Assembly (NCBI GenBank): GCA_943354475.1
Contig: CALRBT010000001.1
Span: 101,424-165,423, forward strand
Origin: Parcubacteria group bacterium
GTDB taxonomy: Bacteria > Patescibacteriota > Minisyncoccia > Phycocordibacterales > CALRBT01
DNA length: 64,000 nt
Direction of reading: 5' to 3'
Shown here: one piece after another, positions 8,710 to 18,745 of the stretch
Layout of the letters: each line of letters begins with the position of its first letter
How positions within the stretch are numbered: position 1 is the first letter of the stretch
Position numbers and translations under genes: made by a program
The notes under the pieces: generated by a model
Databases searched by the model: none
What the model was told of the DNA's origin: nothing
Seen by the model: only the letters and a program-made list of their open reading frames with translations

Positions 8710-9402
8710 ATGAAAGACTTTTCCGAATTCGAAAACAAGATTGGTATCACTTTTAAAGACAAAGCACTCCTGCGAGTCGCTTTTACCCACCGTTCTTTCC
8801 TTAATGAAAATCGTGGCAGTGGCAATCAACACAACGAACGTCTCGAATTTTTAGGGGACGCTGTAGTTGAACTTGCGGTAACTGACTATCTGTATAAAAA
8901 ATTCCCCGATCGGGATGAGGGCGCATTGACTTCATTTCGCGCGGCACTGGTTAACGCAGTAACACTCTCAGATCTTGCAAGTAAACTTTCAATGAATGAT
9001 TATCTTTTGCTCTCCAAGGGTGAGAGTAAGGATGTTGGACGAGCAAGGCAATTTATTCTAGCCAACACGTTTGAGGCATTTGTTGGCGCACTTTTCCTTG
9101 ATCAAGGAATGGAAGCCTGCATTTCTTTTCTTGAAACGCACCTCTACCCACTCACCGACGGTATTGTCGAAGGGCGTCTATGGCAAGATGCCAAGAGCTA
9201 TTTCCAAGAACGTGCTCAAGATGAGGTATCTCTCACCCCATCTTATAGGCTGATTCGTGAAAACGGTCCTGATCATGACAAACAATTTACGATTGGCGTT
9301 TATATCGGCAGTGAGTTGGTTGCCGAAGGTGACGGTAAGTCAAAACAGGAGGCTGAACAGTCTGCTGCCCGTAAGGCCCTTGAGAAAAAAGGCTGGAGCT
9401 AG
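8710..9402 (+). CDS. rnc: Ribonuclease III
   Basis: ERLEFLGDAVVELAVTDYLY catalytic signature plus a C-terminal dsRBD. Confidence 0.9.
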   Translation: MKDFSEFENKIGITFKDKALLRVAFTHRSFLNENRGSGNQHNERLEFLGDAVVELAVTDYLYKKFPDRDEGALTSFRAALVNAVTLSDLASKLSMNDYLLLSKGESKDVGRARQFILANTFEAFVGALFLDQGMEACISFLETHLYPLTDGIVEGRLWQDAKSYFQERAQDEVSLTPSYRLIRENGPDHDKQFTIGVYIGSELVAEGDGKSKQEAEQSAARKALEKKGWS

Positions 9403-9638
9403 AATCTCCATATTTGGTAAATTTCTTTGTTGCTTCGTCGTTTGTTTCTTCCGCCGTACGATTAAGTACGTCTACAGAAACAAACTTCCTCGCGTCTCGA
9501 ACTTTACTCAAATCTGAAGATTCTATGAAAACAAATCTCCTCGCCCCTCTTTCAGCAGAAAGACCTCGTTGAGCACAATGACCTACTGGGTACTGGGTAG
9601 GACTGCATCCAAATCTAGAAGTTCAAAATAAAAGTAAT

Positions 9639-10043
9639 ATGATTCACATTAAATACAAACTCGATAAGTCTATTAATCACGGTATAGGTCTTTTCGCAGG
9701 TGAGGACATTCCAAAAGGAGTAGTTGTATATACTGCGAGTCCTTTACTTGACGTGAACTTAACACGAGAAGAGTTCAATTCCTTGAATGAAAAAGAAAAA
9801 GATGAGGTTCGCTGGTGGGGATTTTTTGATGAACAAAGTCAAAAGTGGCATGTTGATTTTGATGTTTCCCGTTTTATTAATCACAGAGCTGACTCAACGG
9901 TAACCCAAGACTCTAATCATACAGAGGCATATCTTGTTACTACACGTGATATTAAAACTGGAGAAGAACTTACCCAAAATTATCTTGAATTTGAAACTGA
10001 AGCAGATTTAATGAAGCGTGGAATAATGAATGTTTTGGGTTAG
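9639..10043 (+). CDS. Small SET-domain protein (putative lysine methyltransferase)
   Basis: HGIGLFAGEDIPKG, RFINHRAD and GEELTQNY correspond to SET motifs (GxG..., RFINHSC, ELxxDY). It ends 9 bp before the smc-like gene. Confidence 0.55.
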   Translation: MIHIKYKLDKSINHGIGLFAGEDIPKGVVVYTASPLLDVNLTREEFNSLNEKEKDEVRWWGFFDEQSQKWHVDFDVSRFINHRADSTVTQDSNHTEAYLVTTRDIKTGEELTQNYLEFETEADLMKRGIMNVLG

Positions 10044-10052
10044 AATGTAGAT

Positions 10053-12344
10053 ATGTATCTCAAGAGTCTTGAAATTTCCGGATTTAAATCCTTTGCTAAA
10101 AAATCAACCCTTGAATTTAACGCGCAAGTGACGGCTATTGTTGGACCCAACGGCTCGGGGAAATCAAACGTGGCGGAAGCATTCCGCTTTGTACTCGGTG
10201 AACAGTCACTAAAATCAATGCGTGGTAAACGCGGAGAGGATTTGATTTTCAATGGTTCTAATAACCAAACGAGGCTTAATCGTGCTGGCGTTAAGGTAAC
10301 CTTTGATAATACCAAGCGCGTTTTTCCCATTGAGTATGACGAGGTAGTTATCGAGCGCGTGGTTCATCGCGATTCACTCAACGAGTATCTTATCAATGGC
10401 TCCAAGGTTAGACTCAAAGACATTATCGAACTCCTCGCGCAGGCCCATATTGGAGCGTCAGGACATCATATTATTTCCCAAGGTGAGGCCGATAGGATTC
10501 TTAACGCGTCAAATAAAGAGCGTAAGGCGATGATTGAAGATGCGCTAGGGCTCAAGATTTATCAATACAAACGCGAAGAGAGTACACGTAAGCTCGAGAA
10601 GACTGAGGAGAATATTGCACAGGTGCAGTCTCTCCGCAAAGAAATCGCGCCACACCTAAAATTTCTCAAGCGTCAGGTTGAAAAAGTGGAGAAAGCCTTT
10701 GCGATGCGAGATGAACTTGTGAAGCTATATCAAGAATACTTCAAGCGAGAAGAATTGTATTTATCGAGAGAACACGAAAAATTAAACAGAGAACAAGAGG
10801 CACCGCAAACCGAACTTCATCAAATTGAGAACAAACTCACTCACTTAAAGCAGGAAATCGAGTCAGAATCTAAAGAAAATGATCGACCGCAAGAAATCGT
10901 AATACTGGAAGAAGCACTTAATCTGATTCGGACTAAGAAAGATGAGTTGGCACGGAATCTCGGGCGACTTGAAGGAGAAATAAGTAGTGAAGAACGCCAG
11001 AGAGATCGTGAGGAGCGAATTGCCAAGATTGAGACAGAGCGACTCATCAAAGTTGGTGAAGTCCGCAAGCTTTTAGATATCCTTAAATCCTCATTTAATG
11101 AAGCAGAAATGGAGGGTGGTTTGGATCGTCTGCGAATGATTATTTCCTCTATGAGCGCGGCGGTAGGGGATTTTGTCCGCACTCACATTGATCAAGTACA
11201 AGAGGGGAGCCATTCATTTGATAGGAGTGAACTCGATCGATTGATTTCCAGAAAATCAGAACTAGAGCTCGAGCTTGAAGTAGTTCGTTTGTCTGAAAAA
11301 GAAGCACAAACCAATTATCAAAAACTCAGAGCTCAGCTTGAAGAAAAGAAAGATTCACTACGGTCAGCAGAGAGAGAAATCTTTGAGCTCGTGGGTAAAC
11401 AAAGTGAGTTGCGTAGAATCCTTGCAGATCTCCGTAACCGTCAGGAACGTCTCCATCTTGAAAAGGAATCATTCGACCGTGAACTCAGGGAGTCTGTGGC
11501 GATAGCTGGGCACGAAGCTATTAGTTTCAACGGAATGGAGTTTGCCAGCCCATCAGGAGAAGCACTCTCTGATGACGAACTCGCCATCACTCCACGTACC
11601 GAGCAAGAAGGACGTTTCAAAACAATTGAGAAGATGAAAATTAGACTTGAAGATGCAGGAGCTTCTGGTGGTGAAGAGACACTCAAAGAATATCAAGATA
11701 TCACCGAGCGAGATCAGTTTTTAGAAAAAGAAATTGCAGACTTAGAGCAATCAGCAGTCTCACTAAAATCACTCATTAAAGATTTGACCTCACAACTTGA
11801 ACGAGATTTCAAAGAGGGGATGGATAAAATCAACACACAGTTCCATGAATTCTTTGCGCTGATGTTTGGTGGCGGACGCGCGGGACTAACACTTCTCCAA
11901 GAGAAGAAGCGAAAACGCGGCAGCACAGAGGATTTGGTACTAACCCAAGATCCAGAAGCCGACTTTGAAGAACCACAAGAGGAACTCGAATCAGGAATTG
12001 AGATTGATATTGCACTTCCACACAAGAAAACCAAGGGACTTGAGATGCTCTCTGGAGGGGAGCGAGCACTTACCTCAATTGCACTTCTCTTTGCAATTTC
12101 TCAAGTTAATCCACCACCGTTTATCATCCTCGATGAGACCGACGCAGCACTCGATGAAGCTAACTCGAAGAAATACGGTACTATGATTGAGAATCTCTCC
12201 AGGTACTCTCAGCTCATTGTAATCACTCACAATCGTGAGACAATGAGCACTGCAAGTATTATCTACGGCGTGACGATGGGAGGGGATGGAATTTCCAAAC
12301 TTCTCTCGATTCAATTTGAGGAAGCGGTAACCGTAGCAAAGTAG
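10053..12344 (+). CDS. smc: SMC-family chromosome-segregation ATPase, short form of 763 aa
   Basis: N-terminal Walker A (GPNGSGKSN), long coiled coil, C-terminal ABC signature LSGGERALTSIAL and Walker B ILDETDAALD. Confidence 0.8.
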   Translation: MYLKSLEISGFKSFAKKSTLEFNAQVTAIVGPNGSGKSNVAEAFRFVLGEQSLKSMRGKRGEDLIFNGSNNQTRLNRAGVKVTFDNTKRVFPIEYDEVVIERVVHRDSLNEYLINGSKVRLKDIIELLAQAHIGASGHHIISQGEADRILNASNKERKAMIEDALGLKIYQYKREESTRKLEKTEENIAQVQSLRKEIAPHLKFLKRQVEKVEKAFAMRDELVKLYQEYFKREELYLSREHEKLNREQEAPQTELHQIENKLTHLKQEIESESKENDRPQEIVILEEALNLIRTKKDELARNLGRLEGEISSEERQRDREERIAKIETERLIKVGEVRKLLDILKSSFNEAEMEGGLDRLRMIISSMSAAVGDFVRTHIDQVQEGSHSFDRSELDRLISRKSELELELEVVRLSEKEAQTNYQKLRAQLEEKKDSLRSAEREIFELVGKQSELRRILADLRNRQERLHLEKESFDRELRESVAIAGHEAISFNGMEFASPSGEALSDDELAITPRTEQEGRFKTIEKMKIRLEDAGASGGEETLKEYQDITERDQFLEKEIADLEQSAVSLKSLIKDLTSQLERDFKEGMDKINTQFHEFFALMFGGGRAGLTLLQEKKRKRGSTEDLVLTQDPEADFEEPQEELESGIEIDIALPHKKTKGLEMLSGGERALTSIALLFAISQVNPPPFIILDETDAALDEANSKKYGTMIENLSRYSQLIVITHNRETMSTASIIYGVTMGGDGISKLLSIQFEEAVTVAK

Positions 12345-12361
12345 ACTAAGTTAAATTTTAT

Positions 12362-13360
12362 ATGAAAAAAGCATTTATCACCGGTATTACCGGACAAGAC
12401 GGATCCTATTTGGCAGAGCTCCTTCTCTCGAAAGGATACGAAGTTCATGGCCTCATCCATAATCCATCAGAAACAAAAAATGTTGACTCGATTAAGGATA
12501 AGCTGACACTTCATCCGGGAGACATAACTGATGGAGAGTTACTATCAAAAATCATAATTGAAGGACAATTTGATGAAGTCTACAACCTTGCCGGAATGAC
12601 CAATGTACCCGATTCTTTCGCAGACCCAATCCTTGCTACAAAGATGACAGCACTACCCCCACTTTTTATTCTGGACGCAATTGTTAAGGGCAGTAAGCAC
12701 ACAAAACTTTTCCAAGCATCATCTTCTGAGATGTTTGGTAATGGTACCGAAAGTCCCCAACGAGAAACCTCAGGATTTCATCCGACAAATCCTTACGGTA
12801 TCGCTAAACTCTTTGCTCACCATATCTGTGAGGTATATCGTGGAAAATCCGTATTCGCAGCTTCTGGGATTCTCTATAACCACGAGTCGCCTCGTCGAGG
12901 AGAGAAGTTTGTAACAACAAAAATCGTTCGGACACTGGCAGAAATAAAAATGGGAAAAGCAGAAGTCCTTGAATTGGGAGATATCGATGCGATGCGAGAT
13001 TGGGGATTTGCCGGAGATTATGTCTTGGCCATGTGGGAGATGTTACAAGTAGAAAAGGCAGAAAGCTATATTATCGCATCAGGAGCGACACATTCGGCCC
13101 GAGATTTTGTGGATGCGTCAGCCAAGAGTTTGGGTATCGAATTAACCTGGAGCGGAAAAGGGGTAGATCAAAGAGGTGTGGATCAAAATGGAGTAGTTAG
13201 GGTCAAGGTTAATCCAGAATTTTTCAGACCATCAGAGCTTCATATCCGTCAGGGAGATATTACAAAGATTACAAATGAATTGGGATGGAAATCAAAGGTG
13301 CTCTTTGAGGAATTGGTCAAAATGATGACTGATGCAGAAATGTGTAAACTCCAGGGATAA
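12362..13360 (+). CDS. gmd: GDP-mannose 4,6-dehydratase
   Basis: ITGITGQDGSYLAELL, YGIAK (YxxxK) and ILYNHESPRRGEKFVT. Confidence 0.8.
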   Translation: MKKAFITGITGQDGSYLAELLLSKGYEVHGLIHNPSETKNVDSIKDKLTLHPGDITDGELLSKIIIEGQFDEVYNLAGMTNVPDSFADPILATKMTALPPLFILDAIVKGSKHTKLFQASSSEMFGNGTESPQRETSGFHPTNPYGIAKLFAHHICEVYRGKSVFAASGILYNHESPRRGEKFVTTKIVRTLAEIKMGKAEVLELGDIDAMRDWGFAGDYVLAMWEMLQVEKAESYIIASGATHSARDFVDASAKSLGIELTWSGKGVDQRGVDQNGVVRVKVNPEFFRPSELHIRQGDITKITNELGWKSKVLFEELVKMMTDAEMCKLQG

Positions 13361-13440
13361 TTTTTTCAGTAATCAAAAACAACAACCCCCCGCCCAAAAC
13401 AAGTAGGGCGGGGTGGTTTTTTACAAAAGATTACTCAGTA

Positions 13441-13986
13441 TTATCCCAGTCTAAAGATAGTGCGAAGCATGTCAATGAGGGCTGGGTGACAATTCCCCTC
13501 TTTCAAGCGGTTCTCGTCGAACCGCTGTAGTCCAAAATCTTGGACGTATTCAGAGCCGATGAGCCCAGAGGATATAGTCGCCCGATCTGCAGGGCTAATC
13601 GGATAAGCGAAGGTGACGACGAGGTTTTTGCCGACTCCGCCTTGAGCCGTCTCGCTCCAGGCATACAATGAAGACCCAATGAATAAGAGTTTTTTCGGAT
13701 CTATATCAAATCCTGTCTCTCGCTTCACACAGCGAGCCGCTGAGGCCTCGAGGGTCTCATCGTTAAAGAAAATTCGTCCGCCGATGACCCAAACCCTGGG
13801 GTGGGGTTTGATATTTCGCTTCGCCAAATACAGAGCCAAATCGCCAGGAAGAAAGAAGACTACATCGGTGCAGGGGATTGGCATTTTGTTGACAACTTCG
13901 CCGTAGGCGAGGTCGCCGATTCGCTGGTTCTCCGTCACGATTGGTCCTTGGGCTCCTGGCTCAAGGTAAGTCTTCGCGTGCATCAT
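13441..13986 (-). CDS. gmm: Nudix-family GDP-mannose mannosyl hydrolase-like protein (Gmm/NudD/WcaH-like)
   Basis: VIGGRIFFNDETLEASAARCVKRETGFDI aligns with the E. coli Gmm segment [26 protein letters not shown] as I recall it. It sits between two gmd genes. Confidence 0.6.
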   Translation of the reverse strand: MMHAKTYLEPGAQGPIVTENQRIGDLAYGEVVNKMPIPCTDVVFFLPGDLALYLAKRNIKPHPRVWVIGGRIFFNDETLEASAARCVKRETGFDIDPKKLLFIGSSLYAWSETAQGGVGKNLVVTFAYPISPADRATISSGLIGSEYVQDFGLQRFDENRLKEGNCHPALIDMLRTIFRLG

Positions 13987-14111
13987 CGAGTTCTACTCCC
14001 ACAAAGGTCTAAAGTTGTGTGCTAGCCAAAAACAATGTGTCATTTCAAAGGCAATCTGTCAATTACCAAGCAATCTTTATTTTTAGAAAATAACAAACAA
14101 AAATAGTCTGC

Positions 14112-15122
14112 TTACCGAGTCAGTATTTTTTGGTCAGCCTCGATCATCATCGCAATCATTTCTTTAAATGAGACTTGTGGAACCCAACCGAGCACTTCTT
14201 TCGCCTTACTTGCATCACCTCGTAAGTAATCTACTTCATTTGGACGATAAAAATATTTATTGATGCGAATGATAATCTTACCATCTTTAGTAATTCCTAT
14301 TTCATCCAACCCTTCTCCTTGCCAGGTTAAACCCAGGTCTAAAATTTCAGAAGCCATTTCCACCATCTCTCTAATCGTTCGCGACACTCCGGTAGCAATA
14401 ACAAAATCATCAGCCACCTCTTGTTGGAGCATTCGCCACATAGCATTAACATAATCTCCGGCAAAACCCCAGTCACGACGTGCTTCGAGATTCCCCAATT
14501 CAAAGCCTTCGATCATTCCTAATTTTATTTTAACTAAATTTTGTGTCACTTTGCGAGTTACAAAGTTTTCCCCTCGGCGAGGCGACTCGTGATTGAAGAG
14601 AATACCAGAGCAAATAAAGTGTCCTTTCTCTCGCAGTGCTTTGACAATATCGGTATGTGTCTTATGTTTTGACTCTCCATACGGAGAAACAGGTTCAAAG
14701 GGACTTGCTTCATTTTGTGGAGGCTGCGTTTTACCATACATCTCTGAAGTTGAAGCTTGGTAGAATTTAACCTTTGGGTTTTGTTTAAATGCCTCATCAG
14801 CGAGCATTTTAACTCCTTCAAAATTTATGGCCCAAGTTTCATCGGGGCAGTCAAACGAGATACGAACGTCAGATTGCCCTGCAAGGTTATATATTTCATC
14901 CGGCTTTGCAATTTCGAGAGCTCTAATAAGGGTTGCCTTGTCCCTCATATTTCCATAAATCAATTTGACCCTATCATTCTTGATAAGGTGGTTAATCCGA
15001 ATGAATGGATCAGTACTGGTTCGTCTGACCAACCCGTAGATTTCGTAATCTTTAGTTTCTAAAAGGTCTGCCAAATAGGATCCGTCTTGTCCGGTAATAC
15101 CCGTGATGAGTGCTCGCTTCAT
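14112..15122 (-). CDS. gmd: GDP-mannose 4,6-dehydratase, second diverged paralog
   Basis: ITGITGQDGSYLADLL, YGESK, ILFNHESPRRGENFVTRK and MLQQEVADDFVIATG. Confidence 0.8.
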   Translation of the reverse strand: MKRALITGITGQDGSYLADLLETKDYEIYGLVRRTSTDPFIRINHLIKNDRVKLIYGNMRDKATLIRALEIAKPDEIYNLAGQSDVRISFDCPDETWAINFEGVKMLADEAFKQNPKVKFYQASTSEMYGKTQPPQNEASPFEPVSPYGESKHKTHTDIVKALREKGHFICSGILFNHESPRRGENFVTRKVTQNLVKIKLGMIEGFELGNLEARRDWGFAGDYVNAMWRMLQQEVADDFVIATGVSRTIREMVEMASEILDLGLTWQGEGLDEIGITKDGKIIIRINKYFYRPNEVDYLRGDASKAKEVLGWVPQVSFKEMIAMMIEADQKILTR

Positions 15123-15278
15123 ATAGTGCTATAATAAGTTCAACATATTGTATGTTTCTCTGGATTAATTTGCAAACATGTAGACAAAGAATGTAAACTG
15201 CACAGTGAATTAGTATCTTCCGTCACGATTGATTATATATTTAAAAAACTTAAAACCAATTTTATGAAAGGTGAAGGG

Positions 15279-16265
15279 ATGAAGGACACGTCGAATCGTA
15301 AAAAGCAAGAGACCGTCAAGGAGAAAGACAAACCTCTCACTGAGAACCCACACGATATTCCAGAGCGACAAATTCCTCAAGAAACGCTTGAACAAGAAGC
15401 TGAGCGATTACTAGAAAATTTATTGAGTGATAAAGACAATGCTTTTCTTACTGAGCATGAAGAAAATAAAAAACGTTTGGATGAATTCTCCTCGGCGGTT
15501 CAAGCGCTTGCGTTTGCACTCAAAAAGATAGATGAACGTCATGAGCGAACCTCTCGCCTCACACTCGCTTCCCCTGAGGTGTTAGGAGTAGAGATAGTAA
15601 ATGTGAATCCTGTGGGTATAAGGAAGAACGTTGAAGAGATCTTAAAACATGCAATGGAAATTGGTAGGGGAGGTGACGCAATCGTTGTTGTTGATAAAAG
15701 TGAAGTTAGGAGTTTACCTCCAGAAATTTGTTACAAGTTTGCGATTACTGAGACCACCCCTCGTGGAAGAAACTCCACTTTCTCTGAAATTGCTCTCCAA
15801 GAAGCTTTTTACAAAGCTAATATGGAGGTTCCAGAAAGCAAAATTGGTGTACCTATTCCATTTTACGCACATGAGGTTGGAATACATAAAGTGATCGCAA
15901 TGGAGAAGCTCAATGCTAAAAGCGTAGATGATATTTTGCACAGTAAAGGGACGCTACCCCCATGGTTTGATGTCGACACGTTTTGTGATGAATTACACAC
16001 AGTGCTTGATCACTTTCATGCGAAGGGTCTATATCACCGGGACATGCATGAAGGTAATATTATGATTTCTCAACAAAAAGAAATTGGGGATGGAGATAAA
16101 ATCGGTTTTATTATTGATTTTGGCCTCTCTGTTCAAGACGATACAGGGATAGAACCATATAAAAAACAGGTTGCTGGGACAACCTTTACATATTCAGACG
16201 ATTATGGTATCATAAAAAGAGTACAAACTGCTCTTAAAACGTATCAAAAAACACATTTAGCATGA
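15279..16265 (+). CDS. Minimal protein-kinase-like-fold protein (RIO/Bud32/Kdo-kinase-like) with an acidic coiled N-terminal region
   Basis: Catalytic loop YHRDMHEGNIMI and IIDFGLS (DFG), with no activation-segment/APE region after the DFG. The start was moved to the ATG at 15279, preceded by AAAGGTGAAGGG. Confidence 0.5.
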   Translation: MKDTSNRKKQETVKEKDKPLTENPHDIPERQIPQETLEQEAERLLENLLSDKDNAFLTEHEENKKRLDEFSSAVQALAFALKKIDERHERTSRLTLASPEVLGVEIVNVNPVGIRKNVEEILKHAMEIGRGGDAIVVVDKSEVRSLPPEICYKFAITETTPRGRNSTFSEIALQEAFYKANMEVPESKIGVPIPFYAHEVGIHKVIAMEKLNAKSVDDILHSKGTLPPWFDVDTFCDELHTVLDHFHAKGLYHRDMHEGNIMISQQKEIGDGDKIGFIIDFGLSVQDDTGIEPYKKQVAGTTFTYSDDYGIIKRVQTALKTYQKTHLA

Positions 16266-16486
16266 AAGGTATGACAATGAAGATTACGCCTCAAATGGCT
16301 AGAATTATAAGAGCAACCGTAGAGAACCCTCTTGGTGAGGGTGAGATGCGGCGTCTTCCAGGTATGGGGGATCTGTTCGTTTCCCTCGTTGAGCCGGGTA
16401 AGCACAACGACTCAAAGCATAATCATCTATATGATGTTCGAGTTGATGGGGTTGCTTACCATATTTATGGGGGAGTTTCGCAGTGA
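16262..16486 (+). CDS. Small hypothetical protein overlapping the kinase stop (ATGA)
   Basis: The ORF begins ATGAAAGGTATGACAATGAAG, so the true start is likely an internal ATG after AAAGGT. No recognisable domain. Confidence 0.35.
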   Translation: MKGMTMKITPQMARIIRATVENPLGEGEMRRLPGMGDLFVSLVEPGKHNDSKHNHLYDVRVDGVAYHIYGGVSQ

Positions 16487-16573
16487 GGTTCGGTGACGGC
16501 GATAGGTGCCGGTGTATTGCTTTTTCGCGTACATCGGCCCTTTTCTATTTAAAAATAAATTCAGGATTTTTTA

Positions 16574-18640
16574 TTAAACTAAACTATAATCAAGAGTCTT
16601 TCGTTCCATGTCGGCAGCTACCACTTTAAATCGTACGGTATCCCCAAGTGAATACTTATTTTTAGTTCGCTCACCAATGAGACAGTAGTTTTTTTGATCG
16701 AGTTTGTAGTAGTCATCTTGAAGATCTCGTAGTTTGACCATTCCTTCACATTTAGTTTCTTTATCTTCAACATAGATACCCCATTCGGTAACGCCAGTAA
16801 TTGTGCCGTCAAACTCTTCGCCGAGGTGTTTAGTCATGTATTCAACCTGTTTGTACTTGATCGAATCACGTTCAGCCATAGTCGCGCGAATCTCATTCTC
16901 GGTTGAATCCCTAGAAATTTTCTCGAACTCAGCCATCTCGGCATCAGTAATAGTCTCGCCAGCTAAGTGTCGCATCAGAAGCCTATGGACCATCAGATCG
17001 GGGTAACGACGAATCGGTGAGGTGAAATTTGTATAGTAACCAAACCCTAGACCAAAGTGTCCGATATTCTTGGTCGAGTAAATCGCTTTGGCCATTGAAC
17101 GAAGGGTCGCGGTCTTAATCAAGCCTTCTTCTGCTTTCCCTTCAATCTGTCGTAAGAGTGCGTTGATATCTTTGGCGCGGACGTTCGTCCCTTTTTTGTA
17201 GGGGAGTGAGTATCCGAGGGCCTTAACAAAGATCGCTAGCTCTTCAATCTTCTCAGGATTTGGTACGTCGTGGATACGATAGACAAAGCCTTTTGCTTTT
17301 TTGGTTTTCTCGCTTAATTTCTCGATTGATTCAGCGACTTCTCGGTTAGCCAGGAGCATGAATTCCTCAACTAGTTTGTGTGCATCTTTACGTTCCTTAC
17401 GGTAGACACGGATTGGCACGCCCTCATTATCTAATTCAAATTTTACTTCATCGGTCTCAAATGAGATGGCGCCATTGTAATATTTCTGCCGCTCAAGGAT
17501 TTTGGCAATACTATTTAATGTCTTGAGCTCGGTAGAAAATTCAGTTCCGTGCCCTTCCAAAACCTCTTGCGCGCCTTCATACGTAAATCGCTTACTTGAA
17601 TGGATGATTGTCTTGCCGAACCATCGCTCCAATACCTTACCCTTGGAATCCATAATAAAGATGGCAGAGACAGCGAGTTTATCTTCATTGGGGCGAAGGC
17701 TACAGAGATTGTTTGAAAGAATTTCAGGAAGCATCGGAATAGTACGGTCGACGAGATAGACGGAGACACCACGTTTCTTGGCTTCAGTGTCGATGGCGGT
17801 CTTGGGTGTAACATAATAGGAGACGTCAGCGATATGCACGCCAATCTCAAAGCGATCATTGCCTAGATCCTTAAATGATATTGCATCGTCAAAGTCTTTA
17901 GCGTCGATTGGGTCAATGGTGAGCGTTACTACCCCTCGCATATCACGACGCTTAGCAATTTCTTCGGTAGGAATAGCCTGGTGTTCTTCGAAATATTCAG
18001 CTTCTTTGTTTACTTCAGTGGGGTACTCAATACGGAATCCTTTCTCAATCAAGATTGACTCCATCTCAGTGTTGTTCTTGCCCTTGATGCCGATGACTTT
18101 GATGATCTCACCTTGGGGATTTGTTTCGCCATCACTCCATCCTGTCATTTTGACCAACATTTTCATTCCAACCTTTGCACCATTTTCCTTTTCATTTTTA
18201 TCAAAATTTTCTTTTGAAATTGCAATATCCGTATACATTTTACGGTCATCGGGGAGAAGAAAATACTTCCCGCGTTCTTCTTCAAGTACTCCCACGAACT
18301 CCACTTTGGCACGCTGGATGATGCGAACCACTTCGCCTTGATTTCGTCCAGCGCGATTGAACGGCAAGAGTTTAACCTCCACCTCATCCCCGTGGAGAGC
18401 GGTGTGTAGGTACTGTGTATCAATTTCAATGTCCTCAGTAAACCGAGTATCGGCAATATAACCGGTACCCTTTCCTGAGACGCTAAGTGGTCCCGTAATC
18501 AGTACAGTAGAATCTATCTTTATTGTCTTGGTGGGGGCACGGTAGCCTCCAGTCCTCTCCTGTGGACGAGAAAAGCCCTTTTTTGGGCCGTTAGCACTCC
18601 CTGAGGTGTCTTTGGAACCCCCTTTACTATCTTGACGCAT
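16574..18640 (-). CDS. rnr: Ribonuclease R (RNB family) with an N-terminal K/R-rich extension
   Basis: Cold-shock/OB region, RNB motif DAKDFDDAISF...GVHIADVSYYV and a C-terminal S1 domain. Confidence 0.9.
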   Translation of the reverse strand: MRQDSKGGSKDTSGSANGPKKGFSRPQERTGGYRAPTKTIKIDSTVLITGPLSVSGKGTGYIADTRFTEDIEIDTQYLHTALHGDEVEVKLLPFNRAGRNQGEVVRIIQRAKVEFVGVLEEERGKYFLLPDDRKMYTDIAISKENFDKNEKENGAKVGMKMLVKMTGWSDGETNPQGEIIKVIGIKGKNNTEMESILIEKGFRIEYPTEVNKEAEYFEEHQAIPTEEIAKRRDMRGVVTLTIDPIDAKDFDDAISFKDLGNDRFEIGVHIADVSYYVTPKTAIDTEAKKRGVSVYLVDRTIPMLPEILSNNLCSLRPNEDKLAVSAIFIMDSKGKVLERWFGKTIIHSSKRFTYEGAQEVLEGHGTEFSTELKTLNSIAKILERQKYYNGAISFETDEVKFELDNEGVPIRVYRKERKDAHKLVEEFMLLANREVAESIEKLSEKTKKAKGFVYRIHDVPNPEKIEELAIFVKALGYSLPYKKGTNVRAKDINALLRQIEGKAEEGLIKTATLRSMAKAIYSTKNIGHFGLGFGYYTNFTSPIRRYPDLMVHRLLMRHLAGETITDAEMAEFEKISRDSTENEIRATMAERDSIKYKQVEYMTKHLGEEFDGTITGVTEWGIYVEDKETKCEGMVKLRDLQDDYYKLDQKNYCLIGERTKNKYSLGDTVRFKVVAADMERKTLDYSLV

Positions 18641-18709
18641 ATTAAGCAGTATTGTAGCAAATATCGGCTATTTCCGCTAATTTGATACTAAAGTGATATA
18701 ATTAATTGA

Positions 18710-18739
18710 CTTACATCTACTTTCCAGTTAGTATATTCC
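18710..18739 (+). promoter_or_regulatory. Sigma70-like promoter TTGACT, 17 nt, TAGTAT upstream of rpsP
   Basis: Read directly from the sequence. Confidence 0.5.
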
Positions 18740-18745
18740 TCACTT

